From Methanobacteriota archaeon (GTDB taxonomy: Archaea; Thermoplasmatota; Poseidoniia; Poseidoniales; Thalassarchaeaceae), in contig PBZE01000042.1 of the NCBI GenBank assembly GCA_002730095.1, forward strand, positions 623-64,622: 64,000 nt of DNA, written 5' to 3'. A model generated the notes under the pieces. It saw only the letters and a list, made by a program, of their open reading frames with translations, was not told where the DNA came from and did not search any database. This document shows positions 7,601-14,960 of the stretch, piece after piece. The position numbers were made by a program, and so were the translations under genes. Within the stretch, counting starts at the first letter, position 1. The number at the start of each line of letters is the position of its first letter.

Positions 7601-9954
7601 TTTCCGCCTGAGGTTGAAAAATTGGAGGTTGCCAGCGGTACTGAAGATGCGTCAGATATACTGAGTGAAAAATTCGAGGGAGAGGTAAGTTCCAGGAAAA
7701 GGCCGTAATCCCTCGGTACGAAAATTGAAAATGAGTCGCCGGTATCATTGGACCAACTCAGATTTCCAATCTGTCCCATGTATGTGGAGCTTCGGGACTG
7801 GAGAGGGGTCGGGATTACACTATCTGCATCGCCGTACTGTCCATTTGTGTAATTCCCGACAGGAGATTGGATACATGAGGCCTGAGCCAAAGAGGGTTGG
7901 TAGTAGCCCGGATCGCAATGTTGCTGATTGGCAGAGCCCGAAGATGGAACAAAATATCCACTAGATGATTGATAGCATATGCTCTGCCCTTGCTCTGGTT
8001 GGTATGTTCCTGCTAAACAAGCTTCGTGAAATAGTGCCCCTTCTAGAGAATAATGGCCCGAAGGGGACAGATAACATGACAGTCTGCCCCATTGCCCTTC
8101 GGGGCAGTTGTTCCATCTCGCGGGATTGTTCGGGAAATCGTCCACAGAAGAGTTGAAGCCATCGCCATCTGAATCATTGGTGACATTCAAATCTAAGACG
8201 TTACGTATTCCATCTCCGTCCAAATCTTGATCTGAAAATGCGACTGATTCTCCCAGAGTGGTGTTGTTGAAGTTCATCAGATATGGTATCAGAATATTAT
8301 CTGACGATCCATCAAATTCCCCCGATTGGCCGCCCCAGCAAAATAGAGAATAGCTCTGGTTAATTGCACATGTGGATTGTGGCCCAGTAGCTATTGCTAT
8401 CGCATTTGAAGGCATTAGGGCATACGAAGGGACGTTTCCATCTGCTCCTGAGCATGCATTGGTGCTAGCGCTACAAGTGCCGTCCCCCCATTGTCCGTGG
8501 GTATTTACACCCCAGCAGCTAATCGATCCATTGTCCAGGAGGGCGCATGTGTGCCAGTATTTTCCATCGATATCCACAGCTGATCTATCGGAAGGTATCT
8601 GGATTAGCACGGAGTCTTCAGTGACTTGCCCATTGAGCGTGGAAACGGTGTAGGACTTCCCCCAGCAGCTAATTGATCCATTTTCGAAGATGGCGCATGT
8701 ACTATACCCCGTAGTAGAGATTGATGAGGCCATCATTCCGGTGGAGTGGTTAGCAACAACGGGGGAATTTGTACTGATTGTTGAGCCGTCTCCCAGATTT
8801 CCGTAGCCATTGAAACCCCAACACTTCACAGCCCCATTATCCAAGACTGCGCAACTGAAGTCATTGCCTGCAGATATTGATGTCGCCGTCCTACCTACCC
8901 CGAGGTCCACAGAAACTGGATAGTTCCTATTTGTGTTCGATCCATCGCCAAGTTGGCCATGATTGTTCCTCCCCCAGCATCTAACCGAAGCATCATCAAG
9001 AATGGCGCAATTGTGATTGTTTCCGTCGGATATGGCCACTGGTGTCCTAGTTCCGAAGTCCACCGACCCATTGGATAGCGAATTTGAGCCGATCCCTAGC
9101 TGGCCATAGTTATTCGTACCGCTGCATCTTAGTGTCCTGTTGTATAGAATCGAGCAGGGGCCTGCTTTCGAAATTACATCGTCTCCTGTTATCACTGGTA
9201 CTCCGGTGCTATTGAATGTGACAATGCTACCGTTAGACAAAACTATACTTGGAGAATCCGAATGAATTTCCAAGGATGAGTAACTGAATACTGAGCCTCT
9301 ATCTGAACCTGGCTGGTTTAGGCCTAATTTATTCACCTCTGGACCGGTCACGGGAGAAGAAGTAGCTTCCGAGATAGTCCATGAATCAGCCCCCCACGAG
9401 TCTCCAGAGGCCCCCCCGTCTCCGTTAACTAGATTCACTGCCATGTAGAATACTACATCTCCCGACCCCGATGAAGGGGCGATCCAGTCCACTGACCATG
9501 AACGTGAGTTGGAATTTGAATGTGTGACCTCTCCAGAGGAAATTCTCGCATTGGAACCTGGATTGGTGAAGGATCCTAGGTTGGAGTCTAGATTGAATCC
9601 CCCTTTAGTACCACTTGGACCGCCTGATGCAGAGGCCGTCAGAGAGTATGTGACTCCTGGATCATATCCGCTCGAAGGCAATCCAGTGAGACTAGGAGTG
9701 ACTGAGGGAGTGGTTGAGGAATGGCATGATCCGGCCCCACAACCATCGGTGGAACCGGTTTTTCCTGAACTGTAAGCGAAGGCTGTCTCTGGTACTGCCA
9801 TAAGAATGAGCATGAACAGAGTACCAATTATTATTATTCTAGATTTTGTCACAGAATCCCCCAAAAAATCAGCTCCATTTTCGATGAACAGATACTCGCA
9901 TCTGTCTCTCTCGATATTTAGCGCCACTGAAGACAATATGACTATTCCTACCAA
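4639..9954 (-). CDS. Giant type-I membrane-anchored surface protein with RCC1-like, ephrin-receptor-like Cys-rich and TSP3-like Ca-binding repeats
   Basis: A probable GTG start at 9852 gives the signal peptide MTKSRIIIIGTLFMLILMAVPETAFA. It is followed by a beta-rich N-domain containing CGAGSCH and about 6 RCC1-like blades (CWGxNxxGQLGDGS). Next come two blocks of PGxYQPxxGQxSC / PGxYVxxxGxxSQxxC units and DxDxDGxxDxxD repeats. One TM helix (nt ~4944-5003) is followed by RKRGDEEE and a ~115-aa tail. Confidence 0.8.
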   Translation of the reverse strand: MVGIVILSSVALNIERDRCEYLFIENGADFLGDSVTKSRIIIIGTLFMLILMAVPETAFAYSSGKTGSTDGCGAGSCHSSTTPSVTPSLTGLPSSGYDPGVTYSLTASASGGPSGTKGGFNLDSNLGSFTNPGSNARISSGEVTHSNSNSRSWSVDWIAPSSGSGDVVFYMAVNLVNGDGGASGDSWGADSWTISEATSSPVTGPEVNKLGLNQPGSDRGSVFSYSSLEIHSDSPSIVLSNGSIVTFNSTGVPVITGDDVISKAGPCSILYNRTLRCSGTNNYGQLGIGSNSLSNGSVDFGTRTPVAISDGNNHNCAILDDASVRCWGRNNHGQLGDGSNTNRNYPVSVDLGVGRTATSISAGNDFSCAVLDNGAVKCWGFNGYGNLGDGSTISTNSPVVANHSTGMMASSISTTGYSTCAIFENGSISCWGKSYTVSTLNGQVTEDSVLIQIPSDRSAVDIDGKYWHTCALLDNGSISCWGVNTHGQWGDGTCSASTNACSGADGNVPSYALMPSNAIAIATGPQSTCAINQSYSLFCWGGQSGEFDGSSDNILIPYLMNFNNTTLGESVAFSDQDLDGDGIRNVLDLNVTNDSDGDGFNSSVDDFPNNPARWNNCPEGQWGRLSCYLSPSGHYSLEGALFHEACLAGTYQPEQGQSICYQSSSGYFVPSSGSANQQHCDPGYYQPSLAQASCIQSPVGNYTNGQYGDADSVIPTPLQSRSSTYMGQIGNLSWSNDTGDSFSIFVPRDYGLFLELTSPSNFSLSISDASSVPLATSNFSTSGGNIASVSTNGTTFTNSSNVVISITNNNSSTGSYTMLVGLFSTLDSSLLGNQSEVIDAEIQIGFFQCRVGTYQGKTGRASCDLASPGRYVSTVGATSEDLCVPGTYQPLSGQSSCLSANQGNYVPQYGASFETPASPGNYVANSGASSQTQCSPGNYQPSSGQNNCLVADPGFYVLVSGSTNQTACNPGTYQPSSGSTNCIDVSPGHYAANYNSTSQTPCSAGYYQPLSAQSSCLSASPGHYVPGTASIAQIGCDPGFYQPLSNQTFCLQATPGHHVPTNSSAEQIPCQAGTYQPSYGAIECFNASGGHYVDLPGSISEIPCPAGTYNPLESANSSSFCIDADPGHAVPTNGSSTQTPCTEGNYQPSFGQVSCIPASPGYFVDSEGASSETPCSPGFWGNQAGLSECMEASPGYYTDQNASTSQIPCQLGTYNPQPAGNSSSSCIEADPGYFSSILGASSQTPCSLGEYQPSPGQVSCMGTDPGFYTDLIGSVNQIECQPGQYQPLPSQEDCIAADPGFYVDAPMSTSQTPCPIGTYNPIDSASDQSSCLESDEGHYVSSQGSSAQSPCLAGSFQNQTRQASCIDADPGFYVSLNASPNQSACAPGEYQSSPGQSSCLLSDPGYFSSGTASSSQEVCQPGTYQPTPGQTSCLDTDPGYFAPNSGQSEQTAAPLDEYVPSSKSSSTEPCPDKTITISSAAISIDDCLLDSDGDRIHDEVDQDDDGDGINDLQDSCPLGLTDWSSDANSDNDSDGCKDSDEDEDDDNDGFPDLQDDLPLDSTEWSDNDLDGIGDNSDTDDDNDGSPDLQEEQRNTSSTDPDSDDDGFLDGLDDFPLDPNEWVDSDMDGVGDNGDAFPNDPDRYVEEDEVSMLMFVALFSIVIIMGLGGLLFIRKRGDEEEISHLSNSVKEGVEYNDKSTTIYSSVSVPNSTSLSKDILDEKKPITAPSDAKMNDNGQLVWVDNSGKVYCQNPDGSILSFDQVSGLWGPIDN
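5600..7430 (-). repeat. About 17 tandem bipartite Cys-delimited units (~34-37 aa each), ephrin-receptor-like / GCC2_GCC3-like (coding)
   Basis: Short units (C-xPGxYQPxxGQxSC) alternate with long units (xxxxPGxY/FVxxxGxxSQxxC) from FQCRVGTYQGKTGRASC to CQPGTYQPTPGQTSCLDTDPGYF. I counted the units by hand. A smaller block of the same type lies at ~7850-8110. Confidence 0.7.
8300..9170 (-). repeat. RCC1-like beta-propeller blade repeats (coding, inside the giant gene)
   Basis: The peptide motif recurs as LRCSGTNNYGQLGIGS, VRCWGRNNHGQLGDGS, VKCWGFNGYGNLGDGS, ISCWGK, ISCWGVNTHGQWGDG and LFCWGG. On the + strand the DNA shows repeated ccccagca(g/t)ct near 8335, 8511, 8663, 8818 and 8972. Confidence 0.75.
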
Positions 9955-9961
9955 TTGTACT

Positions 9962-11755
9962 TCAGTGGGTCGTTACGAATACCTCTGACGCAAACGGGGG
10001 CATCTCCAATTCGGATTCAGAGAATGCTTCTTCGACGGAATCGAAATGACCTTGGCCATTCCTAATCCTAATTGCCCTGGTGCTGACAATCCTCCAAGAG
10101 GACTTCGCGCCTATTCCAGGGAGGGCTTCCAACTGGTTCCTTGTGGCAGAATTGATATCTATCCCACACTCAATGCCCGATATACTCCTCATCCCATGAG
10201 ATGTGACTAAAATATCGGATTCTGTCTCCAGCGGTATGGCATATGGCACCCCCACTAGTAATGGATATGCCCCAATCTGTCTCCCAAATGTTACTCCTGG
10301 AGAACCACGAATGGATGGCTGTGTGAATTTCTTATCCAGAACGTGTTCAGGCAGTCTAATCCTGCCCTCCCTAGATTCCCACCATACTGCTGAAAGTTTA
10401 GTACCTACAGGGGCGATTTCCTTGAGCATTGGCCTGTCGATTTCCTCCCTTACAGATTCTTTGAAACTCCTGAATTCAGTCTCTGGAATATCCTGAAATC
10501 CCTTGCCTTCGACTTGTCTGATATTTATTCTTCTAAGCCATAGTCCTTCTGACTTAATTTGTCTTAGAAGCTGAAGATTGAGGTCGTATGTGACCCGAGA
10601 CTCACCGTTCAGACCAGCAATGAAATTGAGTCCTGGCAAGAGTTTGGGCAGGCCCCTTGGGCCCCTCTCCCTTCCATATTCATTGATGTGCCTTATGGCA
10701 GTTTTCAGCTGCATCGGGTCGCAATTGAGCCAATTAGCATGATGAACTTCCGGATCTGCTGATTCCAAACCGAAAGAAAGCACCGCACCGTCTGAAAGAT
10801 TAGAGACGAGCTGTTTGGTAATTTCTGTTGAAGGCTCGATGTTCTGAGCAATAATTGAGGGATTTGCATTATCCACATGCAATATTTCGAGTGACTCATT
10901 TTCTCTTGCGCTGTTTAGTACCTTTGAAATGGGCTCTGGATTGGGAATTGGGTACTCCAAATCCTCGACCCCTTCGGCACGATAGGTGTAGATATCGGTA
11001 GCCCCGCCGATTCTTACATTGACCACTCCTGAGTCTATTGCTGCGTTTATCTCCTTAATGACGTCGGATTCTTCCCTCCAGAGAGGGAGCCCCTTCTTGG
11101 GCTCTATGCAGAATTTACACCCTCTCTTGAATCTGACACAGCCTTGGTAAAGCTCGATTTCGTATATCAGAGGGCCGCGCACACCGCCATGAGATGTTAT
11201 GTCGGGATGATCAGTTACTGCCTTTGATCCTGCTCCTTTCAAAGCCCATTTTGACCATTGGTCCGATGTTCTCTTCGTATGTGACCAAATTCCTGTCGAG
11301 AGGAAGTGGTTTAGGGTGGCGTCGGTATCTTTTACTGTGCAGAAAAGGTTCTTTCTTGGAGAAATCCAACCGGACTGTCTCCAATGTCTGATTGCCCATC
11401 CCCCACATAGTACTGGAACGATTGAGGGGATGGAAGAAAGTATTGCGTCTACTTCCCTCAGACTAATTGGGGTCCCTCTAATGTATTTCCCTGGGACCAC
11501 GGCGCCAGCAAGGATGATGGCCCCCTCTAAATTCTTCATCTCATTCCTGATTGAGCTTCTTCCATCTGAAGTCTCTAGCTTGGATTTGTATGACCTTCTC
11601 CATTGATCAACTGTCATGTACGTGTATTCAATGGCCCTCTCCTCTAACACTCCGCAGATATATCTTACATGAAACCCCACATAATTTGGAACTCCGAATG
11701 CCGCAGGCTCATCCTCGTAACCATCGATTACGAGCCAACCGCCTGACTCGTCCAT
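9962..11755 (-). CDS. Radical SAM-like Fe-S enzyme with C-terminal helix-hairpin-helix (COG1031-type), function unknown
   Basis: It has the Cys cluster YQGCVRFKRGCKFCIEP and a C-terminal HhH (RNQLEALPGIGAKSSWRIV). This architecture is the one described for the archaeal 'radical SAM with C-terminal HhH' group. Confidence 0.6.
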   Translation of the reverse strand: MDESGGWLVIDGYEDEPAAFGVPNYVGFHVRYICGVLEERAIEYTYMTVDQWRRSYKSKLETSDGRSSIRNEMKNLEGAIILAGAVVPGKYIRGTPISLREVDAILSSIPSIVPVLCGGWAIRHWRQSGWISPRKNLFCTVKDTDATLNHFLSTGIWSHTKRTSDQWSKWALKGAGSKAVTDHPDITSHGGVRGPLIYEIELYQGCVRFKRGCKFCIEPKKGLPLWREESDVIKEINAAIDSGVVNVRIGGATDIYTYRAEGVEDLEYPIPNPEPISKVLNSARENESLEILHVDNANPSIIAQNIEPSTEITKQLVSNLSDGAVLSFGLESADPEVHHANWLNCDPMQLKTAIRHINEYGRERGPRGLPKLLPGLNFIAGLNGESRVTYDLNLQLLRQIKSEGLWLRRINIRQVEGKGFQDIPETEFRSFKESVREEIDRPMLKEIAPVGTKLSAVWWESREGRIRLPEHVLDKKFTQPSIRGSPGVTFGRQIGAYPLLVGVPYAIPLETESDILVTSHGMRSISGIECGIDINSATRNQLEALPGIGAKSSWRIVSTRAIRIRNGQGHFDSVEEAFSESELEMPPFASEVFVTTH

Positions 11756-11780
11756 GTATATGCGGTCGAGTGCCTAGCCT

Positions 11781-13085
11781 TCACCGCTTCGACTGCCTTC
11801 TAGATTTGCCCCTATCCCTTCCGGAGCCGTTTGGAGATGATTCCTCTACTACGATCTTCCTTCCATTGATCTCTGAGCCATTCATTGCTTTGATTGCTCC
11901 GGAGCCTTCTTTTCGGGATTGGAATGTTATGAAAGCGAAGCCCTTGGACTTTCCAGAATCCTTGTCTTTAGCAAGATGTACTGATTCAATCTTGCCGTAT
12001 TTGGAGAATACCTCTGATAGGTCATCCTCTGAAAATTCATATGGAAGTCTCCCAATGAATAGTTTCATGCCCATGGACTCTTCGAGCTTACTTCTCATCT
12101 TGGAGATGGCCTCTCTCTCCTTAGATAGCTCCTCCCTGGTTGCCTTGCCTTGCTTTACCTTGTCCATGCAGTCCCTACACCTAATTGGTTTACCAGGGGT
12201 GGGCTTGAATGGGACTTTGGTTTTCTCCCCACAGAGGGTACAGACGGTTTCGTGCATCTCCCTCTTAGGTCGACTGGGGCCCCTAGAGCCACCTCTTCCC
12301 GAGGACCTCATGGAAGCAACCCTAGCTGGAATCTCATGACTGGCCCCCCTGCGGAAATCAGCGAGAGGTGACAGGTAAGGCCTAGATCCATCGTGGCTGA
12401 GATTGGATTCAGCCTCTGGAGACCATCGCTCCCCTGCACGATTCAATTTATCGAGCCCGAACCCTGTCTCATGACCATGGCCGAATCCATCTGATAATAC
12501 CCTATATGCAGTGTAGTCACATCTCGAACATTCTACATTGAAATCGATTTTCTTATCTGAAACATCTAGGATGAATCCACAAGCTGGACATGACGCAGAT
12601 AATACACCTAGTGATTTGTTTCCTTTGGTTGAGGCCTTTAGGATAGGATCATCCTTGATTATCTTGGCCCTGACAATATCCCTCATCCTCATTGCATCCC
12701 CCGGAGCAGGGATGAATCTATCCACCACTTCAGAGACATGGATGTCTGCGAAGAGGTTCAATGCTGGGAGGTCCCTGTGACCTCCATCCTTACTTTCTAT
12801 ATTGAGGATTCTTATTTCTGCTACATTCTCATTCAGCCTGGTGACCTGGCCAATTACGATATCGTCAACTTGAGGAGAGTTAATCGGTAGTCTGGAAGGC
12901 TCGATGGAGATGCTGCCATTGCCATCGACAACAACCCCAGTCAGGGTTGAGATAGATCGCCCATTGACCTCGATGATACCGTTCCCGGCCGAGGATCCTT
13001 TTGGGACAATTACTGTGGCCCCGGGTGTAACTTGGTCTCCAACCGTCGCTGACATTGGCATGGCGACCGGCCGACCACCTATCAA
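11781..13085 (-). CDS. csl4: Exosome cap subunit Csl4 fused to an RG-rich linker, a CxxC-x17-CxxC zinc knuckle and an RRM domain
   Basis: aa 1-200 have the Csl4 layout: an N-domain, an S1-like fold (DDIVIGQVTRLNENVAEIRI) and a Zn-ribbon (CPACG...CSRC). aa 260-275 are RG-rich. aa 282-306 read CTLCGEKTKVPFKPTPGKPIRCRDC. aa 340-415 form an RRM with RNP-2 (LFIGRL) and RNP-1 (KGFAFITF), followed by a basic tail. The upstream neighbour is the predicted RNA methylase that is conserved next to csl4 in archaea. Confidence 0.75.
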   Translation of the reverse strand: MIGGRPVAMPMSATVGDQVTPGATVIVPKGSSAGNGIIEVNGRSISTLTGVVVDGNGSISIEPSRLPINSPQVDDIVIGQVTRLNENVAEIRILNIESKDGGHRDLPALNLFADIHVSEVVDRFIPAPGDAMRMRDIVRAKIIKDDPILKASTKGNKSLGVLSASCPACGFILDVSDKKIDFNVECSRCDYTAYRVLSDGFGHGHETGFGLDKLNRAGERWSPEAESNLSHDGSRPYLSPLADFRRGASHEIPARVASMRSSGRGGSRGPSRPKREMHETVCTLCGEKTKVPFKPTPGKPIRCRDCMDKVKQGKATREELSKEREAISKMRSKLEESMGMKLFIGRLPYEFSEDDLSEVFSKYGKIESVHLAKDKDSGKSKGFAFITFQSRKEGSGAIKAMNGSEINGRKIVVEESSPNGSGRDRGKSRRQSKR

Positions 13086-13097
13086 CGGTACGGAGCC

Positions 13098-13712
13098 CTA
13101 CGGAGGAGATAATCTCCAAAAACCAGCCCTTGTTGACCCTCTTGTCTTCTTGTGATGAGCGTAAGATGCGGGAATCGGGAAATCGGCCTCGCCGTACTTC
13201 TCGACATTCCACCCCATATTCTCAAATCTATTTTTTATGTGTTGAGCATCGGAGCTGTGCATCAAATGGGCAGTCACCCCTAAAGTCGAAATTAAATCCA
13301 AGAAATGGGAATCTGCACCTTCAGTTTGACGCCCCCATGGAGGATTTGATATGACCAAGTCAATATTACTTAGATCGGGGTCTTCTTTCCCTATCTCGAT
13401 ATTCATAATTTCGTAACTTCCAGCTTGGAGAGTGCTCTCAGAATTTTTTGCAATCAGTTTGCACATTTCTTGATCAACATCGATGAAGGTGACAAAACCT
13501 GCGCCCATAATTGCAGCGCCAATTCCTAGAATCCCATTTCCTGCTCCCAAATCTGCTATTCTGCACCCAGGCGAAATATCGCCAAACGCCCTGATGTCAG
13601 ATAGCCATCTTGAAGCGATTTCCCCCGGAGTAAAATACTGTTCGAGTGAAGAATCAGGATTCTCATTTAGGTCTAGCTTAGAGAGGGTGATCGCAAGTCT
13701 CCGTAACCTCAC
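13098..13712 (-). CDS. SAM-dependent methyltransferase (COG2263 / METTL5-like, NPPW type)
   Basis: It has SAM-binding motif I (IADLGAGNGILGIGAAIMGA) and the amino-methyltransferase motif IV (VISNPPWG). It is adjacent to csl4, as in the predicted archaeal exosome superoperon. Confidence 0.75.
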   Translation of the reverse strand: MRLRRLAITLSKLDLNENPDSSLEQYFTPGEIASRWLSDIRAFGDISPGCRIADLGAGNGILGIGAAIMGAGFVTFIDVDQEMCKLIAKNSESTLQAGSYEIMNIEIGKEDPDLSNIDLVISNPPWGRQTEGADSHFLDLISTLGVTAHLMHSSDAQHIKNRFENMGWNVEKYGEADFPIPASYAHHKKTRGSTRAGFWRLSPP

Positions 13713-13731
13713 ATGCTTGCTAGGTGGGCGA

Positions 13732-14877
13732 TTATTGATTATGCTTATTGGATACCTGCCCTAGATGAAGTGCGGAGGATGAGTCATGAATTATTCCTTG
13801 GGCCAGCATCATCTCAGCCAAAAGTACACTATTTCCTGCAGCCCCTCTAATGGTGTTGTCCGAAATAACATCGAAACTGACGACATTACCAGATACCTGA
13901 ATGTTGCCGATATTGACCTCCATGTAACTCTGCAGAGACTGCTGTGTAGTAGTATGTTCTAATTTCTGAGGCTTGTCGATAGCCCCCTCTATGTCTGAAA
14001 CGAATCTTATTGGTGACTTACCGCTGGAAGGAAGGTCTAGATGTTGGATTGGAGTCTGAAAATCTGACCATATGTCCATTACTTGGTGCGCACTTACATT
14101 CTGGCTGAAATAAACTGTAACTGAGGCAGAATGGCCGAACTCTCTTCTTACTCTTTTGCATTCAGCTTCAACTGATATCTTGGTCGGTTCCACCACCAAT
14201 CCATCAAAATCCCCTAAAATCCTCTTCAATTCGCTTTCCACACTCAATGATTCCCCTGGAATTTTTGCATCGGGGAAGATTTCCTTCCTGGAATTCTCTA
14301 ACATAGTTCTACCTCCTCCTGAAAGGGACTGTTCTGTAGAGATCATTATTCTCTCAGCAGGAATGCCCCGAACTAGGGGGGCGATTGATATCGCCAGAGG
14401 GACCACCATGCAATTAGAGCATGAGACTAGCATCCCTTGGCCATACTCCAGCTGAAAATCGATAAGCTTCAGATGGTCATTGTTAACCTCTGGAACAATC
14501 AGAGGGACTTCCTCAGAGTGCCTGTGGATGGTAGAGTGGCTAATTACTACCAATCCCGCCATTGCCAATTCCTCCTCAATATATGACGCAGGGGAGTCTG
14601 GAAGAGCCGAGAAGACTATCCTGACTCCTTCTGAAATAAGATGGTTGGCCAGTTCATCATTTTGGCCAATTCCAATTACTTTGAGTTCAGGAAAAGATGG
14701 CCTTGGTCCGCTGAAGCTCCATGGAAGATCGGTAATTTTCTTGCCATCCGACTCAGGAGATCCGACCACACAGACAGGGACAAACCAATGGTGTCCTGCC
14801 AGCCTCTGTAACAATCTTTGAGCGACTAGACCCCGTGCGCCCAAGACAGCACACTTCACCCTGCCCAGAGTGCTCAT
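13732..14877 (-). CDS. asd: Aspartate-semialdehyde dehydrogenase (archaeal type)
   Basis: It has the N-terminal Rossmann motif VLGARGLVAQRLLQ, then VFSALPDS, VPLIVPEVN, the active-site segment SCSNCMVVPL, QSLSGGG and the C-terminal RGAAGNSVLLAEM. Related enzymes with other substrates (e.g. malonyl-CoA reductase) cannot be excluded. Confidence 0.75.
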   Translation of the reverse strand: MSTLGRVKCAVLGARGLVAQRLLQRLAGHHWFVPVCVVGSPESDGKKITDLPWSFSGPRPSFPELKVIGIGQNDELANHLISEGVRIVFSALPDSPASYIEEELAMAGLVVISHSTIHRHSEEVPLIVPEVNNDHLKLIDFQLEYGQGMLVSCSNCMVVPLAISIAPLVRGIPAERIMISTEQSLSGGGRTMLENSRKEIFPDAKIPGESLSVESELKRILGDFDGLVVEPTKISVEAECKRVRREFGHSASVTVYFSQNVSAHQVMDIWSDFQTPIQHLDLPSSGKSPIRFVSDIEGAIDKPQKLEHTTTQQSLQSYMEVNIGNIQVSGNVVSFDVISDNTIRGAAGNSVLLAEMMLAQGIIHDSSSALHLGQVSNKHNQ

Positions 14878-14960
14878 ACTTGCCCGTCTAGGGTTCAGGA
14901 TATGAAAGGGTGTTTCTAATTCAATGAATACTTCAAGTACCCCCGCCGCAAACGAATTCC

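Noticed and set aside
11551-12339. 262-aa plus-strand ORF overlapping csl4 and the radical SAM gene. Similar long antisense ORFs lie at 49086-49628, 24963-25517, 50004-50489, 35752-36228 and 59236-59646.
   Set aside because: Each lies entirely antisense to a gene with clear family motifs (Csl4/RRM, AroA, subtilase, EamA, glutaminyl cyclase, HMGR). None has a recognisable domain. They are typical frame shadows.
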